A stretch of DNA of 42,774 nt from Clostridia bacterium (lineage in GTDB: Bacteria; Bacillota; Clostridia; Oscillospirales; CAG-272). The DNA lies in NCBI GenBank assembly GCA_017501005.1, contig JAFVXT010000061.1, positions 1 to 42,774 on the forward strand, given 5' to 3'. Each line of letters opens with the position of its first letter. The first letter of the stretch is position 1. The notes beneath the pieces were generated by a model that ran no database searches, was not told the DNA's origin, and saw only the letters and a program-made list of their open reading frames with translations. The position numbers were made by a program, and so were the translations under genes. Below are positions 18,270 to 26,366 of the stretch, in pieces.

Positions 18270-19703
18270 TTAGATGGAATGAATGCCGTTCTTCGCATCG
18301 GCATTGTCATCAAGATGGTGCATTTTCTTCTTGCGTGCTTCAAAGAATTTGACTGCAACCTGCTCGAAGAGAGCAAGCGAAAGCAGGTCTTCTTCCTGAA
18401 TAGCATAGGGGGCAACACGCTCACGCAAGGTGGCAATTTCGTCGGGAATATTATCTGCGGGACGGCAGGTGATCGGCTCGTCGTCGCCGATGATGCGGCG
18501 GCGGAATTCTTCACTGATCTCGACGGGAGTCTTGCCGTATTCGCCGCGAACCAAGCCGCGGAATTCCTAGGTGGTCGTCTGGTAGCGTTCACCGCCTGCG
18601 GCGACTGCCAAAACGTTGCTCACTGCCTGCGTACCGACGATCTGCGAGGTAGGCGTGACGAGCGGCGGGAAGCCTGCGTCCTCACGAACGCGCGGAACCT
18701 CAGCCAGAACCTCGGGCAATTTGTCGGATTTGCCTGCCATCTTGAGCTGGGAAACAAGGTTGGAGAGCATGCCGCCGGGCACCTGATAGCGGAGCACGTT
18801 GACGTCCACCTTCAGCACCTTGGTGTCGATCAGGCCGCTTTCCAGATATTTGGTGCGGAGCGAATCGAAGTGGCGGGAGATCTCGTTGAGGCTGTCAAGA
18901 TTGAGACCTGTATCGTAGGGAGTATCGGCAAGCGTTGCAACCATAGCCTCGGTCGAGGGCTGCGACGTACCCATCGAGAAGGGAGAAATCGCAGTATCAA
19001 TGACGTCAACACCGGCTTCAATCGCCTTCAGGAGCGTCATCTAGCCAAGACCCGACGTGTAGTGCGTGTGAAGCTGGATCTTGATATCGGCGGGTGTGCC
19101 GTTTGCGTCCTTCGGAATGACCTCCTTGATGGCCTTGACGAGCTGATATGCGTCAAACGGCTTCAAAAGACCTGCCATATCCTTGATACAAATGGAGTTT
19201 GCACCCATTTCGATCAGCTGACGTGCGTAATTTGCGAAAAACGCATTGTCATGCACGGGGCTGGTGGTATAGCTGATGGCCGCCTGCACGTGGCCGCCTT
19301 CCTTGATGGTGGCGTTGATGGCGGTCTCCAGGTTGCGCGCATCGTTGAGCGCATCGAAAATACGGATAATGTCGATACCGTTCGCAATCGACTTCTGTAC
19401 GAAGTAAGCAACGACGTCGTCTGCATAGTGACGGTAGCCGAGAATGTTCTGGCCGCGGAAGAGCATCTGAAGCTTGGTGTTCTTTACGTGAGAGCGAATG
19501 GTGCGCAGTCTTTCCCACGGATCCTCGTTCAAAAAGCGAAGGCAGGAGTCAAAGGTTGCGCCGCCCCAGGCTTCAAGAGAGTAGTAGCCGACTTTGTCCA
19601 TCGCGTCGAGGATCGGCAACATTTCTTCGGTCGTCATACGCGTTGCCGCCAAGGACTGATGCGAGTCGCGCAGAACGGTTTCTGTAATGAATACTTTTCC
19701 CAT
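18270..19703 (-). pseudogene. OadA / PycB / transcarboxylase-5S type carboxyltransferase (no biotinyl domain) interrupted by two in-frame TAG codons
   Basis: Three same-frame ORFs (19041-19703, 18567-19040, 18270-18554) join into about 477 codons: ...ITETVLRDSHQS..., ...[29 protein letters not shown]..., ...[22 protein letters not shown].... The TAGs are at 19041-19043 and 18567-18569. Confidence 0.85.
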
Positions 19704-19729
19704 TGGATTGTAATCGTCCTTTCAGTAAA

Positions 19730-20938
19730 TTATTTGAAGATTTGCAGGAACACACCTGCCGCAACGGCAGAGCCGATGACACCTGCCACGTTCGGGCCCA
19801 TGGCGTGCATGAGCAGGAAGTTGGAGGGGTTCTCCTTGCGTCCGACGTCTTGCGCAACACGTGCCGCCATCGGAACTGCGGAAACACCCGCACTGCCGAT
19901 CAGCGGATTGATCTTGCCGCCCGACAGGAAGCACATCAGTTTTCCCAAAAGCAAACCGCCGCAGGTCGAAAGAATGAAGGCCGAAAGCCCGAGAACAATG
20001 ATCTTCAAGGTTTCGGGTGCAAGGAAACGTTCAGCACTTGCCGTGGCACCAACCGAAACGCCGAGCATGATGGTGACGATGTTGATCAGCGAATCCTGTG
20101 CGGTCTTGGACAGACGGTCTGTGACACCGCAAACGTTCAGAAGGTTACCGAACATGAGAAAGCCAATAAGGGGTGCTGCATCGGGCACGAGAAGAAGCAC
20201 GATGATGGTGACAAGAACGGGGAATGCGATCTTTTCAAATTTGGACACGGGACGGAGCGCAGGCATGGTGATTACGCGTTCCTTTTTTGTGGTCAAAAGA
20301 CGCATAAATATTGGCTGGATCAACGGAATCAGAGCCATGTAGCTATAGGCCGCAATGGCAATGGCACCGAGCAAGTGAGGTGCAAGCTCCTTGGTGACGA
20401 GGATCGCCGTCGGGCCGTCCGCACCGCCGATGATACCGATGGCGGCTGCGGCTTCGGGGGCAAAGCCAAGCAAAAGTGCGCCGAAGAAGGCGGCAAACAC
20501 ACCGAATTGGGCGGCAGCACCGTGGAAGAGCGTTTTCGGATTGGCGATGAGAGGCGTAAAGTCGGTCATTGCACCGATACCGAGGAAGATGATCGAAGGA
20601 TAAATACCGAGCTTGACACCGAGATACAGAATGTCAAGAAGACCGCCTTCGTTGGCAACCAAACCTAAAATATCGGTCATTTTTTTCTCTGTATCGACAA
20701 ACCAATCCATATGGAAAATGCCGGTTCCCGGGAAGTTTGTCAAAAGCATACCGAACGCGATCGGCAGAAGCAGAAGCGGCTCGAACTTCTTGACGATGGC
20801 AAGATAAAACAGAAGGATTGCGATACCGATCATGACAAGCGAGCGCCAGTCGTAATCCGTACCCTCAACGATTTTGGCAATGCCCGTGCTTTTGGCAAAG
20901 CCGACGATCGCATTCCAGATATTTTCAAAAAGACTCAT
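19730..20938 (-). CDS. Sodium ion-translocating decarboxylase beta subunit (OadB/MmdB/GcdB family)
   Basis: 402-aa polytopic membrane protein with GIGAMTDF and GGADGPT motifs. Confidence 0.9.
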   Translation of the reverse strand: MSLFENIWNAIVGFAKSTGIAKIVEGTDYDWRSLVMIGIAILLFYLAIVKKFEPLLLLPIAFGMLLTNFPGTGIFHMDWFVDTEKKMTDILGLVANEGGLLDILYLGVKLGIYPSIIFLGIGAMTDFTPLIANPKTLFHGAAAQFGVFAAFFGALLLGFAPEAAAAIGIIGGADGPTAILVTKELAPHLLGAIAIAAYSYMALIPLIQPIFMRLLTTKKERVITMPALRPVSKFEKIAFPVLVTIIVLLLVPDAAPLIGFLMFGNLLNVCGVTDRLSKTAQDSLINIVTIMLGVSVGATASAERFLAPETLKIIVLGLSAFILSTCGGLLLGKLMCFLSGGKINPLIGSAGVSAVPMAARVAQDVGRKENPSNFLLMHAMGPNVAGVIGSAVAAGVFLQIFK

Positions 20939-20959
20939 GGAGTGACCTCCGCTCTTCGC

Positions 20960-21361
20960 TTATTGGAGCGAGACGAGCAGATCACCCGCCTGAACAGAAG
21001 CACCCTTGGAAACGCTGACAGATGCCACAACACCGTCCTGCGGTGCGGGAATGTCGTTTTCCATCTTCATAGCCTCAAGCACGCAAAGAACGTCGCCCTT
21101 CTTGACAGCTTGGCCTGCGGAAACCTTCACGTCAAGGATCGTACCGGGCATCGGTGCGGACACCTTAACGGAGCCTGCGGCAGCAGGAGCTGCGGCCTTG
21201 GGAGCGGGTGCAGCGGCAGGAGCGGCCTTGGGCGCGGGTGCAGCCATAGGAGCGGGAGCAGCGGCAGGAGCGGGTGCGGGAGCGGCCGTTGCCGTAGCGC
21301 CTACCTCTTCAACCATAACTTCGTACGTCGTACCGTTGACGGTGATATTATACATTTTCAT
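20960..21361 (-). CDS. Biotin carboxyl carrier protein (biotinyl domain with Ala/Pro linker)
   Basis: C-terminal EAMKMEN biotinylation motif with a long AP-rich linker. 133 aa. Confidence 0.9.
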   Translation of the reverse strand: MKMYNITVNGTTYEVMVEEVGATATAAPAPAPAAAPAPMAAPAPKAAPAAAPAPKAAAPAAAGSVKVSAPMPGTILDVKVSAGQAVKKGDVLCVLEAMKMENDIPAPQDGVVASVSVSKGASVQAGDLLVSLQ

Positions 21362-21406
21362 AAGAAATCAATTCTCCTTCAAATTTTTATATCAAATAGA
21401 TTCGGT

Positions 21407-21721
21407 TTAAGAAACGCGCTTGAATGAAACCACGCGGAAGCGTGCATTGGGCGTTTCGTTTTCGGCGGCGGCAATGGCGGCGGCAATCACGGCAACGATC
21501 TCTTCATCGTTGGTTTTCACGACAACCGCAGGCGTGGGTTCTGCAGCTTTTTCTTTTTTATCAGCCTTGCCCATGAACAGGTTACAGGCATAATGGAAGA
21601 TCTGCAGAGCCAGAAAGATGATGCCAAGAACGGAAAACACCATCAGCATGCCGAGGATCAGCATTTGCGTACCGCCGTTGAGCGCGCCCGATAAGGTTGA
21701 GGTATCAATATTATCAAACAT
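21407..21721 (-). CDS. OadG family small subunit of Na+-pumping decarboxylase
   Basis: 104 aa with a single N-terminal TM helix and a C-terminal ...EEIVAVIAAAIAAA... motif typical of OadG. Confidence 0.7.
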   Translation of the reverse strand: MFDNIDTSTLSGALNGGTQMLILGMLMVFSVLGIIFLALQIFHYACNLFMGKADKKEKAAEPTPAVVVKTNDEEIVAVIAAAIAAAENETPNARFRVVSFKRVS

Positions 21722-21736
21722 AAAGATGTCTCCTTA

Positions 21737-23179
21737 TCAAAGCGGACGAACTGCGTGACGGTAGCTATCGGCACAGCCCTTGCTTGCAAGCAGATGAAGG
21801 GAAGTGCAGATGCGCTGACGAAGCTCGGATACCGTGATGATATCGTCGATCTCTCCGGTGGAGGCGGCGGCAACAGGGGAAGCAACCGAAGCCTTCCATT
21901 CGTCGGCAAGCTGTTCCTTGGTCGTATTCAGCGTGACCTTGTCGTTCCAAGCAAAGGCAACGGCATCGTCGGCAGGCATAGCACCGATTTCAGCGGTGTC
22001 CAGCGCATAGGCAATATCGGCACCGAGTGCCTTCGAGCCGAGCAAAACGTAGGATGCGCCGATTGCGTGGCCGAGCACGATCGAAACCTTCGGTACGGCG
22101 GCAGACGCATAGGAAAGAGCAAGCTTTGCAAGATCAGCGGCAAAGGAAGTGCTTTCCGCAGAATCGGTAAGCGAAAGTCCCGCGCTATCGGTAAGCGTGA
22201 CGATCGGCAGGCCGAACGCATCGCAAACGTCGATAAAGCGAGCGGCTTTCTTGGCGGCGGCAGCGGTCAGGCGGCCTTCATCGTCCTGATAAGAGGATGC
22301 GCAAATACCGCATTTGATGCCACCGACGGTGGCAAGCGCCGTGACAAATTCGGGCGCGAAAGCAGATGAAACCTCGTGATAAATACCGTTATCCGAAACG
22401 GCGGCGAGAATGGCACGCGCGTCACCCGCAAAATCAACGTCGCCGAGCATGCGGTTCAAGCTGTCTGCGCTTTCCTCGGGATAAAGGTTTTCTGCTGCGT
22501 TAGAAGGAAGAAAATCGATCAGGCGGCGGGCTTCGCCGAGTGCTTCTTCAAGGCTTGCGGCCTCTTCCGCAGTCAAGGGCTTCCATTCTTCTGCCTTCTT
22601 TTCAAGAAGAGAAGGGGAGGTCACGTAAAGCGAGGTGCCCTTCGGGGTGATCGTGAAATCGTACATAGCGGCAAGTGCGGCCATCGAGCCGATGCAAAGA
22701 CCGCCGATCACGGCAATCTGCGGAATGACACCGCTGGCATCGCTGACGGTACGCATGATCGATGCGTAGCCCGAAAGTGCGCCGACACCTTCGAAAATAT
22801 CAGCTCCTGCCGAGTCAAAAATACCGATGATCGGTGCGCCTGTTTTGAGCGCGAGATCGTAAAGGTCGCAGATCTTCTTTGCATGACGGGCATCGATCGC
22901 GCCCTTCATGCGGGAAGGATCCTGGGCGAATGCAAATACGCGTGCACCGTTGATGGCACCGTATCCGCAGACAACACCTTCAAATTCTTCCGATTTTTCG
23001 GTAGAAACGAATTCGCAGAAGGTGCGTTTCGTGTAAGCGCCGAGCTCCACAAAGGTGTCGGCATCAAAGAGTGATTTGAGACGGTTGCGTGCGACGGAAT
23101 CTGCCATACATGCTTCGCGAAGCGCTTCGGCAGAGGGCAATCCGCACACAGCGTTCTCACTTTTTTTCGTTGTGTCCAA
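21737..23179 (-). CDS. Acyl-CoA carboxyltransferase subunit (MmdA/GcdA/12S-like carboxyl transferase)
   Basis: 480 aa with two crotonase-like halves. It is the first gene of the cluster with oadG-like, BCCP and beta-subunit genes. Confidence 0.8.
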   Translation of the reverse strand: MDTTKKSENAVCGLPSAEALREACMADSVARNRLKSLFDADTFVELGAYTKRTFCEFVSTEKSEEFEGVVCGYGAINGARVFAFAQDPSRMKGAIDARHAKKICDLYDLALKTGAPIIGIFDSAGADIFEGVGALSGYASIMRTVSDASGVIPQIAVIGGLCIGSMAALAAMYDFTITPKGTSLYVTSPSLLEKKAEEWKPLTAEEAASLEEALGEARRLIDFLPSNAAENLYPEESADSLNRMLGDVDFAGDARAILAAVSDNGIYHEVSSAFAPEFVTALATVGGIKCGICASSYQDDEGRLTAAAAKKAARFIDVCDAFGLPIVTLTDSAGLSLTDSAESTSFAADLAKLALSYASAAVPKVSIVLGHAIGASYVLLGSKALGADIAYALDTAEIGAMPADDAVAFAWNDKVTLNTTKEQLADEWKASVASPVAAASTGEIDDIITVSELRQRICTSLHLLASKGCADSYRHAVRPL

Positions 23180-23367
23180 ACTGTTCTTTTGACTTGCGGT
23201 GAGGCAAGTCTCTCCTTCCCCTTAATGATAGTTATAGTAGGCTTTTTCAAAAACAGCCCAAATTACACCAAATATACTATACCACCAAATAGAAAAAAAG
23301 TCAATAACAAAACAAAAAAAACGGCAAAATACACCAAAAATTCCTTCGAAAAAAGCACAACTTGTTC

Positions 23368-23401
23368 AAAAAGCGGACTCTTTTTGAAGAGCCCGCTTTT
23401 T
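23368..23401. terminator. Bidirectional terminator downstream of the HAD gene
   Basis: AAGCGGACTCTT-TTTG-AAGAGCCCGCTT, a 12-bp stem with one mismatch, flanked by A5 and T5. Confidence 0.75.
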
Positions 23402-23407
23402 GAAGAG

Positions 23408-24121
23408 TTATTGCAGCAGAGGAGATACGTATTCACCGAATTTTTCGTAGTTGTCAACGCAGATAAAATCAATATCCGAGCGGTAGACCGATTCATCGTT
23501 GCCGCCGATGCCGTAATCGTCGCCGACGAAGGTCACTTCACCGTGCGAATAGCCGTGTTCGCGGCAGTAAAGATCAAGAGCATAGTATTTGTTGAAGGGC
23601 TTCGGTGCCATGTCGAAGGAGGAGGTGCCGCCAACGAACACCACGTATTCCGAAAAGACCGAGGCCACACGGTCGTAAATTTTTCTGCGCTTGCTACGGT
23701 CGGGATCGAAGCTCAGCTTGTCCGCAAGATCGGCTTCCGTGCCGATAATCGGGAAGGTCACACAGCCCGACGGGTGATATAGCACAGAGTCGCCCTTGTA
23801 TTCGCTGAAGCCGAATTCGCTTCGAAGCATGTCGATGCGTGCGCGAACGCTTTCGCGGTCGCAGGACACGGAATCGTTGCGCAGAATGCGCAGATCCTTT
23901 GCTTCGTGATCGTAAACGCCGTATTGCATGCCGTAGTTGCCGAGAATGTCGATGGGATACTGCCCGAGCTGGTTGAAAACGCGCAGGCACTGTCTCGCAC
24001 TCACCATCAGAAGCTTATAGCGTGCGTTTAGGGCATCAAGCACCAGACGGTTTTTCTCGGTCAGGGGGGATTTGGGTGGGGTAATGGTTCCATCGAGGTC
24101 GAAAGCAATCAGTTTTTTCAT
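23408..24121 (-). CDS. HAD-IIB family hydrolase (Cof/phosphomannomutase-like)
   Basis: N-terminal FDLDGTIT motif. 237 aa. Confidence 0.7.
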   Translation of the reverse strand: MKKLIAFDLDGTITPPKSPLTEKNRLVLDALNARYKLLMVSARQCLRVFNQLGQYPIDILGNYGMQYGVYDHEAKDLRILRNDSVSCDRESVRARIDMLRSEFGFSEYKGDSVLYHPSGCVTFPIIGTEADLADKLSFDPDRSKRRKIYDRVASVFSEYVVFVGGTSSFDMAPKPFNKYYALDLYCREHGYSHGEVTFVGDDYGIGGNDESVYRSDIDFICVDNYEKFGEYVSPLLQ

Positions 24122-24154
24122 GTCCTTTTCCTTCTTCAGTTGACGTCGACTGCT

Positions 24155-25015
24155 TTATGATTTGAAGGCGGCAAGCATGGAAATGCGTTTGTTTGCGTAT
24201 CGGTAGGCATTCTGATAATCGCCCATTTCACGGTGGCAGCTTTCAAGGTCTGTATAGATGCGGAAGAGCACGAATGCACTCAGGTGATCGCTCATTCTCC
24301 GTTCCTCCAAGGACTCCAAGGCGGCAAGCGCACCCTTGTAGTCGCGCGAGCGGAGCTTTTCTCTTGCCTTGAGATGCTCGGAAAGAATCGGATCGCGGCA
24401 GCTCGACGTATCCTCTGTCAGATAAGCGAAAAGCGGTTGCATGGTTGCCGTGTCGCGCAAGGAAGCATAAGCATCTTCGTTCATTTCATAGCGCGGTGAC
24501 TGCACGTTTGTCGTGATGGCGGCAAGCAGGGCAAGCGAGGCGCGCAGATGCTCGGTCGGATAAACAGTTCGTTCAGTGAAGGCAAATGCTTCACGAACCA
24601 GCTTGTCCGCGCTGTCGAGATTGCCGTCATAAACCTTTTTCTTGGCAAGGGAGGTTAAAGCCGTGGCGGCAATCAGAGCAATCTCATCGTCGCTTTCTTT
24701 GAAATAACGGCGAATGATGCGCAGTGCTTCCTCCTCGTTTCCTGCCTTGCACGCACGGTGAATGAGGGGCAAATAGAGCTTTTTGTAGCATTCGGTCAAG
24801 GTGACGCTATCGTCAAGTAAGTAAAGCAAGGGAAGATCAAGACGGTCGGCAAGATAGGCAAGCGTCGCGCGCGAGGGTGTGGCCGTGCCCGTTTCAATGC
24901 GGCACATCATGTTGCGTGTGATTTTGTCTCCCGCAAGCTCGCCTTGCGTCAGAGAGCGGGCAATTCTTGCGTTGCGTATCTTTTGCGAGATCGGCATCGG
25001 TTGTTCGGTTCCCAT
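24155..25015 (-). CDS. XRE-family HTH transcriptional regulator with TPR-like C-terminal domain
   Basis: The N-terminus ISQKIRNARIARSLTQGELA... has the HTH_3 pattern, followed by about 200 aa of helical repeats. Confidence 0.75.
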   Translation of the reverse strand: MGTEQPMPISQKIRNARIARSLTQGELAGDKITRNMMCRIETGTATPSRATLAYLADRLDLPLLYLLDDSVTLTECYKKLYLPLIHRACKAGNEEEALRIIRRYFKESDDEIALIAATALTSLAKKKVYDGNLDSADKLVREAFAFTERTVYPTEHLRASLALLAAITTNVQSPRYEMNEDAYASLRDTATMQPLFAYLTEDTSSCRDPILSEHLKAREKLRSRDYKGALAALESLEERRMSDHLSAFVLFRIYTDLESCHREMGDYQNAYRYANKRISMLAAFKS

Positions 25016-25027
25016 TTCATTCTCCGT

Positions 25028-25555
25028 TCAATGTTTAGAAAATATAGAAGCGCCCGTTGCGTCAATGCCGACGTACAGGGGAAGCTTTTCAATCACAAGG
25101 CGCTTGACAGATTCACAACCGAGCTCGGGAAAGGCAATGACGTCAAGGGTGCGCACGCTTTGTGCAACCAAAGCCCCCGCGCCGCCGAGTGCGAGCAAAT
25201 AAGCACCGCCGTAACGCTTGATGGCCTCATAGACCGTAGGCGAGCGGTCCCCCTTGCCGATGGTCAGCCGCAGCCCCGCATCGAAAAGACGGGGCAGGTA
25301 CGGATCCATGCGTGAAGAGGTGGTCGGGCCGCACGAGCCGATTGGCAAGCCGTTCTTGGCAGGTGTGGGGCCCGCATAATAAATGGCACTTCCCGCAAGC
25401 GGAAAGGGGAGGGGCTTATGCTCGTCAAGCAGAGCACAAAGCCGCTTATGTGCCGCATCGCGCGCGGTATATACCGTGCCCGAAAGCAAGATCTCTTCGC
25501 CTGCGTGAAGCGTTTTGATCCAATCGGCCATCTCCGAAAGTAAGTAGGTTTTCAT
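25028..25555 (-). CDS. Fe-S hydro-lyase beta-type subunit (class I fumarate hydratase / tartrate dehydratase beta)
   Basis: GTVYTARDAAHKRL, IYYAGPTP, GPTTSSRMD and IGKG motifs. About 175 aa from ATG 25555. No alpha-subunit gene is adjacent. Confidence 0.8.
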   Translation of the reverse strand: MKTYLLSEMADWIKTLHAGEEILLSGTVYTARDAAHKRLCALLDEHKPLPFPLAGSAIYYAGPTPAKNGLPIGSCGPTTSSRMDPYLPRLFDAGLRLTIGKGDRSPTVYEAIKRYGGAYLLALGGAGALVAQSVRTLDVIAFPELGCESVKRLVIEKLPLYVGIDATGASIFSKH

Positions 25556-25577
25556 AAGAAGAGTTCCGTTTCTTTTT

Positions 25578-26288
25578 TTATTGTGTGCTTGCACCGAAAT
25601 CGTAGAGATCGTCGATCTCACTTTCCACGATGTCGTCGGTCAAGCGGTTGATTTCCGTATAAGCGTCGGGCACTTTGCCGACGATCAGTGTTTCCGTAAG
25701 ACAATAGCTTTCCAAAACCGTCAGCTTTTCCTTGCCCTGCGGAAACAGCAAAGTGAAGGTGCCTTCCACGTGAAAGACGATGCGGTGACGGGTTTGGTTG
25801 ATGCCCGCTTCTTCAAATTCCGAGGTGTAATACGTATGTAAAAAGCGTGCGGGTATGACCTCGATCTGTGTGCTCGGCCCGACAGACGAAAGAAAATCAA
25901 GGCCGAACAGCCAAAGGTAGGGCACGGAAAGCGAAAGAGAAGAAAGAGAAGCGTAGGAAGCGAAGACTGCTTGGCATACGTCGTTTTGCAAGGAAAGCAA
26001 AAGCGGCATATTGGTGGTCACGGCGGCAACCTCGCCGCCATCCTTAAAGCTTAACGTGACGAGATCCCGATATGCGGCTTCCTTTTGTGCCAGCCTGTCT
26101 TTCATGGCATTCGTGACGGTGCTTGAAAAATAATAGGAAAGCTCGTTTTGACCGAGAGCTGCGGCCATTGTGTGCAGGCGCATATTCAGAAAAAGAGTGA
26201 GGAGAAGCACGGTAAGCAAAAGGCAGAGCAATTTGAAAAGAAAGGGGATCTTTGTGCGGCGGGGGCCGATCGAACCGATTCGTTGCAT
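25578..26288 (-). CDS. yunB: Sporulation protein YunB-like
   Basis: 236 aa with an N-terminal TM helix. Overall similarity to YunB is recalled from memory (…TNMPLLLSLQNDV…, C-terminal LIVGKVPDAY). Confidence 0.55.
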   Translation of the reverse strand: MQRIGSIGPRRTKIPFLFKLLCLLLTVLLLTLFLNMRLHTMAAALGQNELSYYFSSTVTNAMKDRLAQKEAAYRDLVTLSFKDGGEVAAVTTNMPLLLSLQNDVCQAVFASYASLSSLSLSVPYLWLFGLDFLSSVGPSTQIEVIPARFLHTYYTSEFEEAGINQTRHRIVFHVEGTFTLLFPQGKEKLTVLESYCLTETLIVGKVPDAYTEINRLTDDIVESEIDDLYDFGASTQ

Positions 26289-26366
26289 AAAGGAAAACCA
26301 CCTTTTGAAAAAAAGTCGGAAAGTCTTCCTTATCAGTATATGCGCTTCGCGCCGAATCGGTGCGGA

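Noticed and set aside
13208-19043. Pyrrolysine as the explanation for the in-frame TAGs
   Set aside because: The affected genes are not methylamine methyltransferases. No pyl genes or tRNA-Pyl are in the window, and the aligned residues (from memory) are heterogeneous. It cannot be fully excluded without the whole genome, so it is kept only as a sub-hypothesis of the TAG finding.
18279-20342. 687-aa ORF antisense to the OadA-like and beta-subunit genes
   Set aside because: It is a shadow frame opposite two strongly recognisable genes, with a low-complexity Arg/Gly/Ala-rich translation. It spans an intergenic gap of the real operon, which a genuine gene would be unlikely to do.
21173-21298. 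GC-rich repetitive DNA (GCNGCNCC periodicity) that could be taken for a tandem repeat element
   Set aside because: It is in frame within the BCCP gene and encodes the Ala/Pro-rich flexible linker typical of biotin carrier proteins.
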